DNA from: Octopus bimaculoides
Taxonomy: Eukaryota
Direction of reading: 5' to 3'
Assembly (NCBI RefSeq): GCF_001194135.2
Contig: NC_069006.1
Coordinates: forward strand, 22,761,016 to 22,825,015
Length of the DNA: 64,000 nt
Below are positions 1 to 15,300 of this stretch, one piece after another; within the stretch, counting starts at the first letter, position 1, and each line of letters starts with the position of its first letter. The translations under genes and the position numbers were made by a program. Below the pieces are notes generated by a model that did not search any database, had not been told where the DNA came from, and saw only the letters and a program-made list of their open reading frames with translations.

Positions 1-824
1 TTACCTTTCTCTTCTCCTGGAATTTCTTTTCCAGTGTGCCCTTTTTCTATTTTTAGGTCGATAGGTGTGATTTAAGAGAGATTAGGTTGTTGTTTCAAGT
101 AAGTAGAACAACCATGTGGTAGTCAGTCATATGGAGTCATTTTTGTTGTTTTTTGGTGTTTGTGGTTGGTTGGCAGAAATGGAAGGGTTCAAGATTATGT
201 TGCCTTAACTGTGGCATTATTCTTCAAAGATTGAAGCTGATAACCCCTGCAGAAACTTAAAACATTGGAATCTGTGGGAATGATGAAATCGGTGCTCTTG
301 GCTTTCAATCTACCCCTCTCTCCTTATCCTCGGAAAGATTGGTATTGGATCCAGTCAGAAATCAACAGAAGTCATTGCATGGCTGGTTAAGAAGTCTGCT
401 TCTCAAACATGTGGTTTTGGGTTCAATCCTGTTATGTGGCACCTTGGAGAAATATCTTCTATTAGGACCTCCCAACTCAATAAATCCTTGTGAGTGGATT
501 TGGTTGTTGGCAACTGAAAGAAAGCCTCTCCCTCTCTGTATATATATCTCTTTTAGCTTGTTTTAGTCTTTTGGAGCACTGCCTTCAAGTTGAATGAATT
601 GATACCAGGACTTGTTTTATTTTAAAGCCGAATACTGATTCTGTTGGTCTCTTTTCCCAAACATGTGTACCATGCAAACGAACCATTTTTGTTGCATTGT
701 TTTTGCATAATAAAGAATATAGAGATGGGTGGTGTGAGGTGAAGTTGTGATGTTGATGCCTTTACAGTCATGTATTAACTGATGTCTTTCTCTCTATGTT
801 GCAGAGCCTAACAGAATCATCACC

Positions 825-931
825 ATGAGAGTGTCTGTCAAGTTCATCATTTGTGGCTTCCTGATATTCTGTGTGATCTTCTTCAGCTGGTTTCGGTGTC
901 CCAACATACAAAATGATGACAACTTAATTAT
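825..931 (+). CDS. GLCE: GLCE first coding exon ([35 protein letters not shown]; signal-anchor)
   Basis: Acceptor ttgcag ending at 804, CACC-ATG at 825, hydrophobic stretch, donor AT|gtaagt at 932. Phase 2 joins exon 10993. Absent from the ORF track. The acceptor implies a further non-coding exon upstream. Confidence 0.85.
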
Positions 932-1369
932 GTAAGTACATGACGACACTTTAATTATTTCATATAACTGAATGGTTAACAATTTAGTTTTGCAATCATT
1001 AGGTCGTTTCTGGGATTGATCCCATTGTTTGGTACTTTGGACAAGTGTAATTTCTCATAGCATCAGGTCAATCTGAACAAAGCCTTGTGAGTGAAATTGG
1101 GACTGTGGCAGCCTGGTTGAAAGGATTGTACATCAAAGATCCAACCTTATTGCTTTCTGTGTTATGCTGAGTTCTGCTTGACAAATATTTTATAAGTAAA
1201 TATGTCTGAAGAACACTCAGCCATGTATATGCTAATTTAACAAGTAGTTCAGTTGACACCAAACAACTCTGTTTTTTTGTCAACAGCAGCAGAACCAACA
1301 TACATACATACATACATACATACATGCATATATATATATGTGTGTGTGTGTCTGTGTGTGTGTGTGTGT

Positions 1370-1413
<44 letters not shown>

Positions 1414-3730
1414 ACACATGCACAAAAGAAAAAGGGATTAAAAATTCAGACAGATACTCGTGAAGCATTCTGTTGGAGTCAAACTTGACTAACCAAATTG
1501 ACCAGAGAAAGTCCTTGCAATCCATGTAGTTAATCCACTGTCGACTGCCTGGCTAATCTGTAAAGCCAAAGTTGATATACAGAAAAATTTGGCATTCGGT
1601 CACAGAATATAGTAGAAAACAAAAGAATGGGGATTTATTCATTTGTAATCTTGTGTGCATTTTCGATTGATTGGTATTGCATAGTTTTGAAATTTATTAA
1701 TGTTGCATATTGAGATCAATCCGTATTTGATTGACTCCAGAGATCAAGAAATTAACACCAACATGTCCTTCTCTAAATCTCACTACACAAGTCTTATTCT
1801 CAGGAGTCTCTTTTTCTTCTTTCTCCTCTCTCTTATTTTCTCTTTGAACATATCTCTCTTTCTCTCTCCCACCCTCCACTCATCTCCCACCCTCCACTCA
1901 TCTCCCACCCTCCACTCATCTCTTTTTTAATATTTCAATTTTTATCGTATAATCGTCATGTTATTCAGATCTTGGCAGTAGATTTGTATAATCATCAGAG
2001 CATCACACAAATTGCTTTCTTTTGTTTTGCTATGACCTTTTTGAGGCCATAACTACATGGTTGCTCTCCTTACTAGCAACAACAACCAACTCTCCTGCAA
2101 AAAGGCATTAACTAAACAACACAATGATGACTTGAATGTTTCTTGTTCAGCTTGAAGTCCGCTCCAATCAAGCTGTGACCATTTTGTCTTTTTCTCTAGA
2201 ACCACATTTAATGCCATGTGTCCTTTTTAAAGTTGCTGGAGTGTAATTTGAGAAATATTTGGTTGCTATTTCTAGCAGTTCAAGCAATCATGTAGAGGCT
2301 CTTTTGTTGACATTGAAGGGGATTTTAAGGTCTCACTGCTTAGCACCTCTTGCATTACAGGGCTTAGTGAATGATAAATCTGCTGTATAGGACACCAATT
2401 AACATTCCAAGGAGATTTGGCATAATAATAATACATGACAACTTGACAAATTGAACCAAGAGGAAGGGAGATAAAACTCTCCATTCTGGATATGATACTC
2501 GCCTAACAAATATAACAACATTTCTACAATGTCTGGTAATTATTTTTGACAACTGAGGCATGTAATAATCTAAGAGAATCTCACTCTGCTCCCTTGCCCG
2601 GAGTTAATACAACTTGAGCCAACTTGGGTGATACTATATGGCTGTAGAAATAGCAGTCAAATTCCCTTCAAAATCACATCATACCATCGTCATCATCATC
2701 ATTTAATGTCCGTTGTCCATGCTGGCATGGGTTAGAGAGTTTGACCAGGGCTGGCAATCATTACAACTTGCGATGAGAATAGGGCTGCAGGCTTAGTAGG
2801 GTGTTTAAGGAGTCTACTCCATGTTGAAGTTGAGAGTTCAATCCTACTGTGCAGCACCTTGGGCAAATGTTTTCTTCTGTTGATTCAATTTGACCAAATC
2901 ATTGTAAAAGGAATTTTGAGAACAAAAATTGTGTGTGAAGACAGGAAAAAAGTTATCATAGGTGAAATTTGAATGTTGCATCTGGAATGGAAAAAAAAAA
3001 CCTGACAATTAAAATAACAAATTGATGAGAAAAGCTATATTTATTTATTAAATGTTTGTGTGGGAATATGTATGTGGCTGTGGGTGTGTTTGTATGTTGG
3101 ATGCATGGGAGTTAGGGATGGGGTACTTGCAGGTGTTTTGGTTACGTGATCTAATAAGTGTAGACACCTGATCATTCTACCCTGTATGAGGAGATATCTG
3201 TACCTGGTGGCTTGTTTGTAAGTCGGGATTTAAAACATTAGAATAACGTTAGATACGCTAACTTGATAGGGGTTTATGTATTTTTGTGTGTGTGTGTATT
3301 TATGCCAGTGTGGGTATGTATGTATGTGTATGAATGTCTGAATACATGTGAATTCATGTGTGTATGTATGTCAGTTGAATGTACATGTTATTGTGGATAT
3401 GTGCAACAGGATGCGTGTGTTTTTGGTATATGTGTTTGAAGCATATTGACATCATAGTGTGCAGTTGAGGCACACACACTCACTGAAGCTGTTGTGGAAG
3501 AAAAGAGAGAGAGAGAGAGCAAAGGAAATTGGTGTAAGATAAGTACAGATAATAGTCAGTATGAATGGCTGGATGTTAATGATTGCCAGGTGTGTGTGTA
3601 ATTAGGTTAATATTTGTGTTTACAAACTAGACGAATAAATATTCAATACATGATATAGAGCTGATAGTGTTTACTTTTGGGGTTTGGAAATCTAAAGTTG
3701 GTCGTAATTTATATAGTTGTTTTCCGCTTC

Positions 3731-3799
<69 letters not shown>

Positions 3800-5738
3800 T
3801 AGTTATAAGGATTCAATAGAATCTAGGCATATCAACATGTAGGATGTCAGAAATGGCTATATATGTGTGTATATTCATATATGTGTGTATACTCATGTGT
3901 GTGTATACTCGTGTGTATACTCATATATGTATGTGTGTATACTCATGTATGTATACACATATATGTATGTGTGTATACACATATATGTATGTGTATAGTA
4001 ATGTATATGTATACATATATGTATGTATGTATGTATATACGTATATGTATGTACATGCAGTGTTATAAAGCTATTAGTACATATGATCTATAGGTTCAAC
4101 TAAACGATTCTTCTTTTGTTGTTTAAAATTACAATCTTATGGTGTCATCAGTGTTTGTTTGAGACGTTTTTCTTCTTTCTCTTCATAGATGCTATATACA
4201 CCCTCCTATGCATAACTCCTTTCTGCATCACTACTATCTACATACGCATATCTGTTGGATGTACGTAACACATTGCTATGTTAAGTTCACTGACATATCA
4301 ATGGTTTCAGGTTTTGATTTTCTTTTGCATGGCATTTTAAGTGGATTCCAAAATATGGTGATTGGTCAACGGCTGATGAAGGGAGGCTCCCGTAATGCAA
4401 TCTGCGTATTTAACATATAACACATGTATGCACACACAATATGGATTATAAACTATGGTTTTGTGCATGTGTGGTTGTTGTATAGCCCCATATTGACCCC
4501 GTTTATTCAAACCTATGAAGACATTCTAGCCATGGCCATCCTGTCATTTAAGGGATATCTAGGACTACATTAGCTAATGTGTTCTTCCATTTAAAAATAA
4601 AGAATTTTGTAGATAGAAGTATGGTATTTGAGGAAGATTTGGTCTCTATTTGTAACAATTCATGTGACTAAAAGTGTGCCTACATAAAAATACTAAACTA
4701 TTTAATCTTTTAAGATGCAGGAAATTTAATATAAAACATGATCATCAAAATGGTTTGGATGAATATTAAATTTGGGTGTAAAAAGAGAAAGAAAAATAAA
4801 AAGATAAAACATGTAACTCATATTTTTTTAAGCTCAAATTGTGGGAGGTCCACATATTTCAGATCACATTGTACTCAAGTAAATATAGTATATACGTGTA
4901 TGTCTGGACCCCCCCCCCCCNNNNNNNNNNNGAATTTATGTATATATATATATATATATACACACACACATACACGCACACATCACACATACAGGAGATA
5001 TACTTGCTTGGCAAGTGATTTGATCTGAGACCATATGTTTAAACTAAAATAATTACAGCGTGAAAGACATATTAGCTGTTCAAAAATCGCACAAAAACTG
5101 TTAATTTCACTTAAACATTTATATTTGGCGTCAAAATTTTCATTGCACCAACTGCAATCTGGTCAATGGCACAGCTTTGCCAGGTTGTTAGTTGTTGCGG
5201 CAGAAATTTTGACACCAAATAATGATTTAGTGAAGAGAATTGTTCTAGTGTGACTTTAGATAGATAATATGCTGCCGTTGTTGTTGTTGTTAAGGTGGTG
5301 AGCTAGCAGAATCATTAGCACACCGGGTGAAATGCTTACTGATATTTCATCTGTCTTCGTGTTCTGAGTTCAAATTCCACCAAGGTCGACTTTGCCATTC
5401 ATCCTTTCAGGGTCCATAAAATAAGTACCAGTTCCCTATTATGGGTAAGGGCAAAATCCAGTGCTTCCCAGTGACTGGTAGTTTTATCTTGAAGTTAATA
5501 TCTGCTGCTATCCCAAGCATTCTTCCACCCTCAGATGAAACTATGAGCTGTTGTAAGGCATTGAATGTTTCCAATACTAACCATAAAATCTTTGGTTAAA
5601 AGTACAATCAGAAACACGTGGAAGGATTTTATGATGTTGTTGTTGTACCTAATATGCTGTCCTTACACTCTGTGTGTGTGTGTGTGTATCAGTGAATATA
5701 CACAATTTGTGGGGTTTTTATGAATGAAAATACATTGC

Positions 5739-5777
<39 letters not shown>

Positions 5778-6208
5778 GAAAATATATATTTAGTCATGTG
5801 ATTGCATACAATCACTGAGTACATTTGTGTATCTGTTGGTAAATATAGACCCAAGCCATGGCTGTAAAATGCACAGAAATCACCACATGAACATACATGC
5901 ACATGCAACCCCCCCCCCCCACACACACACACACAAACATCGCAGAGGGCTTCACAGCTTGACAGAATCAATCATGGGGTGTCTGGTAGGCCCCTGTTTT
6001 TAAAGGGGCCTGGTCTGCTGGTGCACATCTGTACAACCACAACATCCTGGAGACAGGGCAGTGAGTTTGCTTGATGTGTCGGGGTGGGGGGTGGAGGACC
6101 ATCTGTTTTGGAGCTGGGTTAGTTGTGATGGTGGAGGCAGTGGTGGTGTTGGTGGTGGTGATAGTGATGGTAGGAATGTTGAGTGCTATGTCTGTGTGTG
6201 TGTGTGTG

Positions 6209-6239
<31 letters not shown>

Positions 6240-9200
6240 ATCTCTATCTCTCTCTCTATATCTCTCTCTCTATCTATCTATCTCTCTTTCTCTCTCTCTC
6301 TCTTTCTCCCCCTCTCTGGGTAGTGTAGTGGTGGGAGTATCATTACTAGTGGTGATTCTTGTTGCTTATCCCCCCCACTCTTAGCGCCATCTATCTTTTT
6401 TCTGTTGAAGTAATATCCTAGACTGGCTTCATTATCCAGGAATGTCTTTTTTTTGTTTTTTTTAAAAATTTTGTAAGCTAGTATGTAGCATTGTTCAAAA
6501 AGCTTTAGCTGCTATTTCTAGCAGTCAAGTGACTGTGAAGAGACTCCCTCATTGATTAGGAGTGTGTTGGAATAGTTGGTTGAAAATATTGTTGGAGTGG
6601 AGGCAGGGGACAGAGTGAAATTATAAGCTATGAAATATTCCATCCTCCCATTGGAGTATCTGGTTGTACTTTAAGTAGGGCAATCAGAAACTCAACCAGT
6701 TGACAATGTATACGTCTTAATGAGTTGATAATGGGGCTTGTGTAGTCATTTGATCTACTAGAAACAGCAGCCTAATCTTTCTCAAATCACACCATGCCAT
6801 TTTCAAAAGGAGACATTGGGTAATTTAGATCTAGACTCAGTGATCATTGATCATTAAGCCTGCTTATTGAAGGTTTCTGTAGGACTAAACAACAATGCCT
6901 CTGAATGAACAAGGAACATCGTTAAGTCTTATTACTGTGAGCTGGCAGAATCGTTAGCATGCTGGATGAAATACTTAGTGATATTTCACCCGTCGCTATG
7001 TTCTGAGTTCAAATTCCGCTGAGGTCAACTTTACCTTTCATCCTTTTGGAGTCGATAAAATAAGTACCAGTTGAACGCTGAGGTCAATGTAATTGACTCA
7101 TCCCCTCCCCCAGAATTGCTGCCCTTGTGGCAAAATTTGAAACCATTATTACTGTTGTAGCATGTTGAGCTGGCAAAATTGTTAGCATCCCCCCCACCAA
7201 AAAAAGGGACAAAATGCTTTGCCTTAGTTCAAATGCTACTGAGGTTGACTTTGTCTTTCATCCTTTCAGTGTTGATAGTATAAGTACCAGTTGAACACTG
7301 GGGGTGATGCAATCAACTAGCCCCTGTCCCCAAAATTTCAGGCTTTGTATGTGCAATAGAAAAGATAATTACTGATGTATGCCCATCATTTTTTATAATT
7401 TTTCTCATATTTGAACTGGTCTTAAGTATCTGCCCCCTTGTTGCAGGCCTTCATCATCTAATACTCCCAACATCATACCCCCACCTTCCATATTGTTTGT
7501 CCTATTCATTTGGCATAGCTGCAACATCTGTATATTCTTCTTAGCACCAACTGCTTTAGAGTATGGATTGAGTATATTTTATTGTGCAACCAGCACTAAA
7601 ATGGCTGAAGGACTAAAGAGTCCCCCTCTGCCTTGTATCAGTTTAAACTCAAGAGTCATTGCTCTCTTAGACAAGTTGCTCATACTGTGGCTTTTGTCAT
7701 CTTCCTTTCATTCATTTCCTTTTTTTCTTGTTTCCCATCATTTTTCTTGTTTTGAGATCATGTTAAATACCTTATAAATTTCAGCATTGTCTCATTACTT
7801 TTGAGTTCAATTCCTATTGAGGTTAGTGTCGTTCAATTGGAACAAGTCATTCATTCTACAAATCCTCAAGTACCGTCTCCAAAAGCTGCTCTTCTTTTAG
7901 CCCTTTTACAAAGCAAATAGCTCCTGTCAGTCAGCAGGTTGTTGTTTAATCCCAAAGCAACCCTCATTGAGTAAATCAAAGTTATTCCAGTCATGACTAT
8001 CCCTTCTTTATTGTATATTGATTGAGTAAATTGTCCTTTGTCTGCCACCCCACTCTCACTCATGTTATTTTTTGAGGGAGATCTGGTTACCATTTCTAGT
8101 AGGTTGAATGACCATGGAGAGTCTTCTTTGCTCCTCAGGTAGTAATGTTGCCATACCTGTTTGGTTACCCAGCTATGCAAGCCACTGTTCTACATTATAA
8201 AATGTTCAAATATTTAGAGACAGCTTTATTAGGCATGAAGTTAACAGGAGCTTATCTTCACACCAGTGAAGTGCTGCTGCATTATCTGATTTCACTTTGT
8301 ATTTCTTATTAAGAAACACTGAGTCCCTCTCTACAAAGGAATGGTTTTGAGGTTTGTGAAAAAGGTAGACAAAACAATACAAAAAACTTCTGTGTCTCAA
8401 AAGGATTTAAAATACCAGGGTGTAATGTGGATGAGATTTGGCTGCTATTCTAGTCAGGTTCTACGTAGGAGTTTCTCTTGTGGCCTTGTGGCCGGGTTTA
8501 TCACTAAAGAGGGGAAGCACTTCATTTAACTTCACATTTGCCAAACTGACAGGCCTCGCCATTTTTTATTCTACAATTTTTCCAGTTAAAGTACAAAATA
8601 AACCCTGGTTTCTTGTTTTGATGTAACACACAGTACATCTCCAGCTACTCTGCCTTCCCCATTAACCCCTGCTGCCCTCTAATGACCCCTTTTGTTGCTA
8701 CCACTTCTTCCTCCACTGCCCTCCCAAAACACTTGGCAGTTTTATTTACATATGGTCTCATTAACTTCAGAGGTTTGTGGCACAGCCTTTGGCATGAAGA
8801 TGGGGCTGGAGTTGTGGTGCCGGTGGTGATGGTAGCTCTGGTAAAAGAGATTGTAATATGTATGTATAGTGGTGAGAATGATTGTGTGTGTGTGTGTTTG
8901 TAGAAGATGGTTGAACGTTAAGGAGTGGAAATGTTGGTGTGTGTAATGGGGATGGGATTGCTAGCATTCCTCTTCCCTCACTCCCTTTCTCTCACTCTTC
9001 CTCCCACTGCTTCCAATCTTATTGCTTCTATACATACATAACTGCCTGTTCAATGGCAAGAGACAAAAAATTAGGTGAAGGTATTTTGTAAATAGGGCCA
9101 TAATTAGATCAGTCTTATTATTAATCATCATCATTACCATCATCATCCTTTCGGTTGATTGTTATTATTTGTGATGATGGTGATGGCATTAGAGCACAGG

Positions 9201-9306
9201 AAATGGCTTTTTTTGTGTGGCTTGGTTGGGGGAGACTATTCACTGATAGTTTATTAAGTTCACTGTGTAAATTACTTCTGTAGATCTAGCACAGTTTGGT
9301 TTCATT

Positions 9307-9362
<56 letters not shown>

Positions 9363-12300
9363 AGAGAGATGTACAGATATACACCTATGAAGAAGCATAA
9401 TGTTTATTTTTTATCTCTTTGGACTGTAGATGAGAAGGTAAGGGGGAGGGGCTGGAGTAGAGAGAACAATTGGTAAAAAAGTAAAAGGGGGGGGAAGATT
9501 GTGTGTAGTGGGAGAGTGCAATGTTGATGTAGGGGGAAGGAGAGAGAAGGGGACGAGTGGGGGAAATTGGGGGGAAATGAGTGCAAAAGATTGGTTCTTA
9601 ATCTACTCCCACCACATTACCCACCAATCCACCCCACCCTCTACTCACCACATTGTCCTCTTTCTCTGTCCCTGCCACAATAATAATAGTAATTATCATC
9701 ACCCATTCACACATACATTCCCTCTTGCACTCCCAAGTACATCTTGGGAGGGATCTGGCTATTAAGGGCTCTTGGATAAAGTTCTGGTTTACATAACCTC
9801 AAGACAGTCAAAACTTGTGAAAGAAACTTGCTAGACTGTAGTTAGATGTGAATGGATTGGGATAGTATGCTGGTCTACTAAAGATACTGTTTAGAATTGG
9901 TTTCATGTATCTAAGACAACTAAGCTATGACAGGTACATGAACTTTCTGTGGCCTCTCACTCTGTCTTCAATGTCTACTATAATAGTCACTGATCCTTTG
10001 AGCTAACAAGATGTGTACTACCTTCATCGAAACCTATTCACCTCTCTTTCTCTTGCCATTTTTATTATGTGTCTTTGTTCTAATCATTTTACCCCCCAAC
10101 TTTCTCTCATGTGAGTGTTCTCTAAGAACCAATACTGCTATTTTAACCCCAGGAAGGCATCTCCAGCTGTTTGAAATACTTTGTCCTTACCAGTTGTAAC
10201 CACTCTCCGTAACCCAACTTGAAACAGTTTGCCCCATCCAACTCTTATTGCTTTGCCCCAATCTGGCTCTAAACACTTTCTCCATCCCAGCTCTAGTCAG
10301 TTTGCCCAAATCCATTCTAAATATTTTTTACCTATCCTTTGTTCTTTGGCATCTTCATTGACCTCTTCAGTCTAGGAGAGGCCATAAAATCTGTGGACAT
10401 TGCTTCTGCTTCTTCGATTAAATCAATAGACTTGAAAAAGAAGTATGAGGATTGATTCAAGATTGTTCTACAGCATGGCTACAGCCAGATGACCAAACAA
10501 GTTGTCCACACACACACACACACATCAAAATGTTCCCTCTACTCTATCAGTTCATAATGTATTTGCCGACTGACCTGAAATATACAAACATCTATTTAAA
10601 TTCATTTTCAATTTGGTAGAATTATACACACACACACACACGAAACCCAAATTTTACGAGTGTTTTGAAATGAAGAATGCCCTGATATTAATTTCTTAAT
10701 TTTCAATATGGTGATTATTACTTTAAAATAATGCAAAGCATGCAGCTTTTTTATGTGTGTGTGTGTGTGTGAGGGGGAAGAGGGAAATTTGGGTTTTGAA
10801 TGGTGTTTATGAAGGGAGAAATCTCAAGTGGAAAATGTTGAAAAATATGGATTTAGAAGCTCTTGAAATTATTGAAGACCTCTGCATATTTCAAAATTAC
10901 TATTCTTACTCTTAAAATTCTCTTCTTTATGGCTTGATAGTCTTAGGAATTTTTTCATTCTTTTTTTTTAATGTCTTTTTAATGTTTTTCAGGAAAGGCA
11001 TGAAGTTAAATTCAGACTACAAGGAGTCTCACATTAACCAGAGGGCCGCTAAATCACTGGCATATGGCAGGAATTACAACTCTCTACAGTATGATGAGGT
11101 GGAGTGTCTTATCAACAAGGAGTATACAGTGAAGTGTCGCAGAGAAGGCAAAGAAACCTTCATTCCGTTTAGCTTCATTGAACGCTATTTTGAAGTAAGT
11201 GTGTGTTCTTGTTGTTATTTGGCCCCAGGTCAGACATATTCAAAGTGACTTTTGATCAGAATCATTTCATTCATGATCAACTCCCCCCCCCCCCNNNNNN
11301 NNNNNNNNNNNNNNNNNNNNNNNNNNNNNNNNNNNNNNNNNNNNNNNNNNNNNAAATATAGTATCAGGACAATGTTCCAGCACCACAAGTCCTTGGTTTC
11401 AATGGTTGCTGTGCACGATTGTGGCTTTAAACTGGCTGATCACCCTCCCTGTTCTGATTTGGTTTCATCTGTTTGTCAACATGTGTGTGTGTGTTTGCAG
11501 AAAGATGGTTGAATGTTAAGGAATGGAAATGTTGGTGTGTAATGGGGATGGGATTGCTCCAGTGGGTTGGTAGAAGTGTTAGAAAAACAAAATGTATGAT
11601 TTAGGACCCCTTAAACTCTTGAAGCAGACTTTAACATTTCTGAGATGGGGTGAGAGCTAAATGTGAGTTCGCATCCAAGGTTGACATTGCCTTTTGTCTC
11701 TTAACAGAATCAGCAACAGTGTTTTGACTTTCACCATCATTCTTTTAGGCAACCAATAATTACCAGCCATATAGTAGGGTCAAGGCAGAATCATTAGAGT
11801 GTCAAATAAAATATATTGCTGTATTTAGTTCAGGTTTTTCTAGATCTGAGTTCAACTCCTGCTGAGATCAACTTTGCTTTTCATTGTTCTATAGTATCAG
11901 TGAAGCACTGGTGAATTTGATTTGATATTACTAATCCTTTACTTAGATATATGATGTGATTCGAAGGAATTTGGCTGCTATTTCTAGCAGGACACCCTGT
12001 CATATAGAAGTGCTCTCTTTATGTTGGTTCTTATCATTTGGTCATGTGACGACACCATAAACACGTTCAATATGTTTTACTACTCTAATTTGTTTCCCTT
12101 TCAAATGTATTCGTATTGATCAATCTTTGCCAACTGTCTTTCTAGGTGTATGGAACTGTGACACATTCTGATGGAGGGCTGGATCGATTTGAGTGGCAGC
12201 ACAGTTATTCTCAAGTTTATCCACAGAAGAAGAAATACACCCCTAGTGGTGTCTTTATGTCATTTGAACACTACAATGTTGAAGTTCGGGACCGAGTGAA

Positions 12301-15300
12301 ATGCATCAGTGGTATGGAAGGTGAGAGTATTGACACTTAAATGTAATCCCTTTCACTTACTATCCCAGTAGAGTCGGATAGGCATGACTGTGTGAAGACA
12401 TTTGACTTGACTAAGAACACTCTTTTAAATTGAGATGCTATGAACACAGACACCAGTTTGTTCAAATATAGTCACCAAAGGAGTAACACTATACCAGATT
12501 TAAAATTAAATGGGAGATCAAACAGTGATGTCATTCTAGAGTTCTAGAAATAGATTTTCATACATACTCTGAATCATGTTAGCTGTCTTAGTTTGCAAAT
12601 CCTGTATAGAATGCAGATTAGTTAAATAAACAATGGTTTTCACATGTCACCATCGAGAGACGTCCAGTGGGTTCAAATCTTGCGACTGTACAGGCCACTG
12701 CTAATTCATTTTTGCAGATATTTTTCATTCAGAGAGCAAAGTGACAATGTGCACCATATAGTTAAAGCATTTCTTCTGTCAGTGATGTGTAGGTGGCTGT
12801 GGTGTTAGAAATGTTGTATAACCAGTAGTGGTGTACTCGTAAGTTACAGTGTGTAGCTAGTAGTAGTGTTGTGTAGTTGATATCTGATAAATAATTGGTA
12901 TTGCATTTCAGTGACACCAGGCAGACAAAAACAGAGTCAAATGTTGGCAGAATATGATGGTTGGATAAGTGGTATATTTTGGTTAGAAATATAGCAATGA
13001 AAGTGTTAATCAAAATATTCGGAAACATTTTATCTGATGTTTACAGCTTCTAGCATGCTGCCACACCCATCTTATCTAAATAATGTTTAGATTTTGATGG
13101 AATAATTATTTCCACAACTAAGTGATTTTCCTTCACCAGCAACCCATTCAAGTATGAAGTAAGAGGAAATAAACCTGTTGTTATTTATTGGTGAAGCAAA
13201 CTGGTTTATGCAGAGTTATGTACCTCAAGGAAGAAATATCACAATGATTGAAGCACTTGTAACACCACGTGCCAACTATCTTATCTTCCGTTTAGTATTA
13301 TCTAGAAGTAACCTATAGTATTCTTATAGCTGATTTCTATGGCTCCCTTGCCATTTATTAATCCATAGCTTTATCAAACACATACACGTATATTCTTTTG
13401 TTTTGGATTTATTTTTCATTGGTTTTAGTCAAGAGAGTGTGTCTATGCTGGGATGCAACTTTCAAGGTTATTAGTTGGTCATATTGACTCCAGTACTTAC
13501 TTAATCTAGTCCTTTTTTTTTATTAATCTATTTGTCAAACTGCTAGTTTGCAAGCCATAAAAAACATAGGTTGTTAAAACCAGTATAAAACACACACAAA
13601 AGCTAGCCTGAAAAAAAAAGAAAAATTTGAGAATGTATCTTTTTTTTTATACAGATGGAAAATTATTAAGGGAAAGAGCTTTTGTCAGTTGCTTCTAATT
13701 TCTGGGAATTTTTTCCCCATCTTCATCTGCTCCCTGTTCCCATCCTTGCTTGTATGGGGTGGTTTATTATTTAAAGTAGTTGTTTTTACAGCTGCATGCT
13801 CTACAGTTGTGGTACAGCAAATTGGAGCAAGTAATTAGATGATCATCCCCTTTGCTATCCCAGTGCTGGCTCTTCAAATGTTGGATACTATTTTTATAGG
13901 GATGCTAGAAATAGCAACTGGATGTCCCTTAAATCATACCTTACCATCTTATAAAAGATGTACTTAAAACTGCATTAGATATTGTCTTAATTAGGTACCT
14001 GGTATTGAAAAGACATGGGCTGGTCAGAGATGGAATTGATTTTGTTTGTAGGTCTGCTTAATCAGGTCCAACCTGGAGTGAAACAACAGAATCTATTGTG
14101 AGGCTCTGTGTGGTACTCAACTTGCTAGAAATAGTAGGTGAAGCTTCCTCAGATCACACCCTTATCATCTTCCACTGAAGAATGTTCTCTTAGTCTTAGC
14201 CTTTTGTTGCTCAGTGTCTCCTTTCTCTCAATGATGTCGTTTTATGCACATGAAAAGAACCAGCAGATTTGTTGTCTGTCTGTGCATGTATATAAATGTA
14301 CATATAAATACATGCAAATGTGTTTGTATGCATCCCCCACCCCCCACAAATATGACAGGCTTCTGTGCAGTATCTTGCACACACACACGATATTGGTTCA
14401 ACCCAAAGCAGCAGAAAAAATTTAAAAAACCCACTCGATCATGGTACTCTGTAGAAGGCTTGCATCCAGAACCATTAGGAAGCAAACTTCTTAACCTCAT
14501 AGCTGTGTTATTTTAAAAAATTGTTTTATATGTATATATATCTCTAAGTGTTGCATGGTTGGGATAGTTTATTTGTAAGAAGAATTGAATTTCATGTAAT
14601 TGTATCACTCAATCCTGATGAAGGAGTGAAACTTACCAGTAAGTTAAGTGCTTGCACAGAGGCAGTTTCAAATTCATTTTGATATGGTCTGTAGTTTGAG
14701 CAGCTTATCCATCACCATTACTTTGCTTTATAACCTTCAAAGCTCTTATATTGCCAAATTTCTAATGAAAAATACTGTTTTAATTAATTTTGAATATAAT
14801 CAAGAATTTGAAGGGATTTTGTAAAATAACTTTTTCATTAGAAATTGGTTTGTAAACTTAAGTTCATGATGAGAGGTTTTCACTTAGATATGATCAGTTT
14901 CATATCATAGAAATAGATGTCTGTATCCCCCAAAATATTTGTATAATTTTCCTTGTACTTCAGTATCCAGTAATCTTTGCTTTTATAATTTTCAGGTGTT
15001 CCTGTGTCAACTCAATGGGGACCTCAAGGCCACCATTATCCAATTCAGATTGCCCAGTTTGGCTTAAGCCATTACAGTAAATTCCTGAACGAAGACAAAC
15101 CAGATGTTATCATCCTAGAAGATGGCAGCGATGAAAACCTGCAGAATTGGTATCTACCAAATTCTCGCACCCACATAAAAATGGTTGATGACCCTGAAGT
15201 TGGGAAAGTGATTGAATTTGATGCTCCTGGTTAGTTAGTTTTGAAATTCTCTGTTCACTCAATTTTTCATTTTCTTTAAATATTTACACATCCCTTGTTC

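Noticed and set aside
8461-8562. 33-codon minus-strand ORF with AAAATGGCG start ([14 protein letters not shown]...)
   Set aside because: No recognisable homology, short enough to be chance, and its 3' end runs into a family D repeat remnant.
14615-14650. Second hammerhead-like string CTGATGA-aggagt-GAAA-cttaccagtaagt
   Set aside because: Stem III could form, but there is no stem II and no stem I complementarity; at most a decayed relic.
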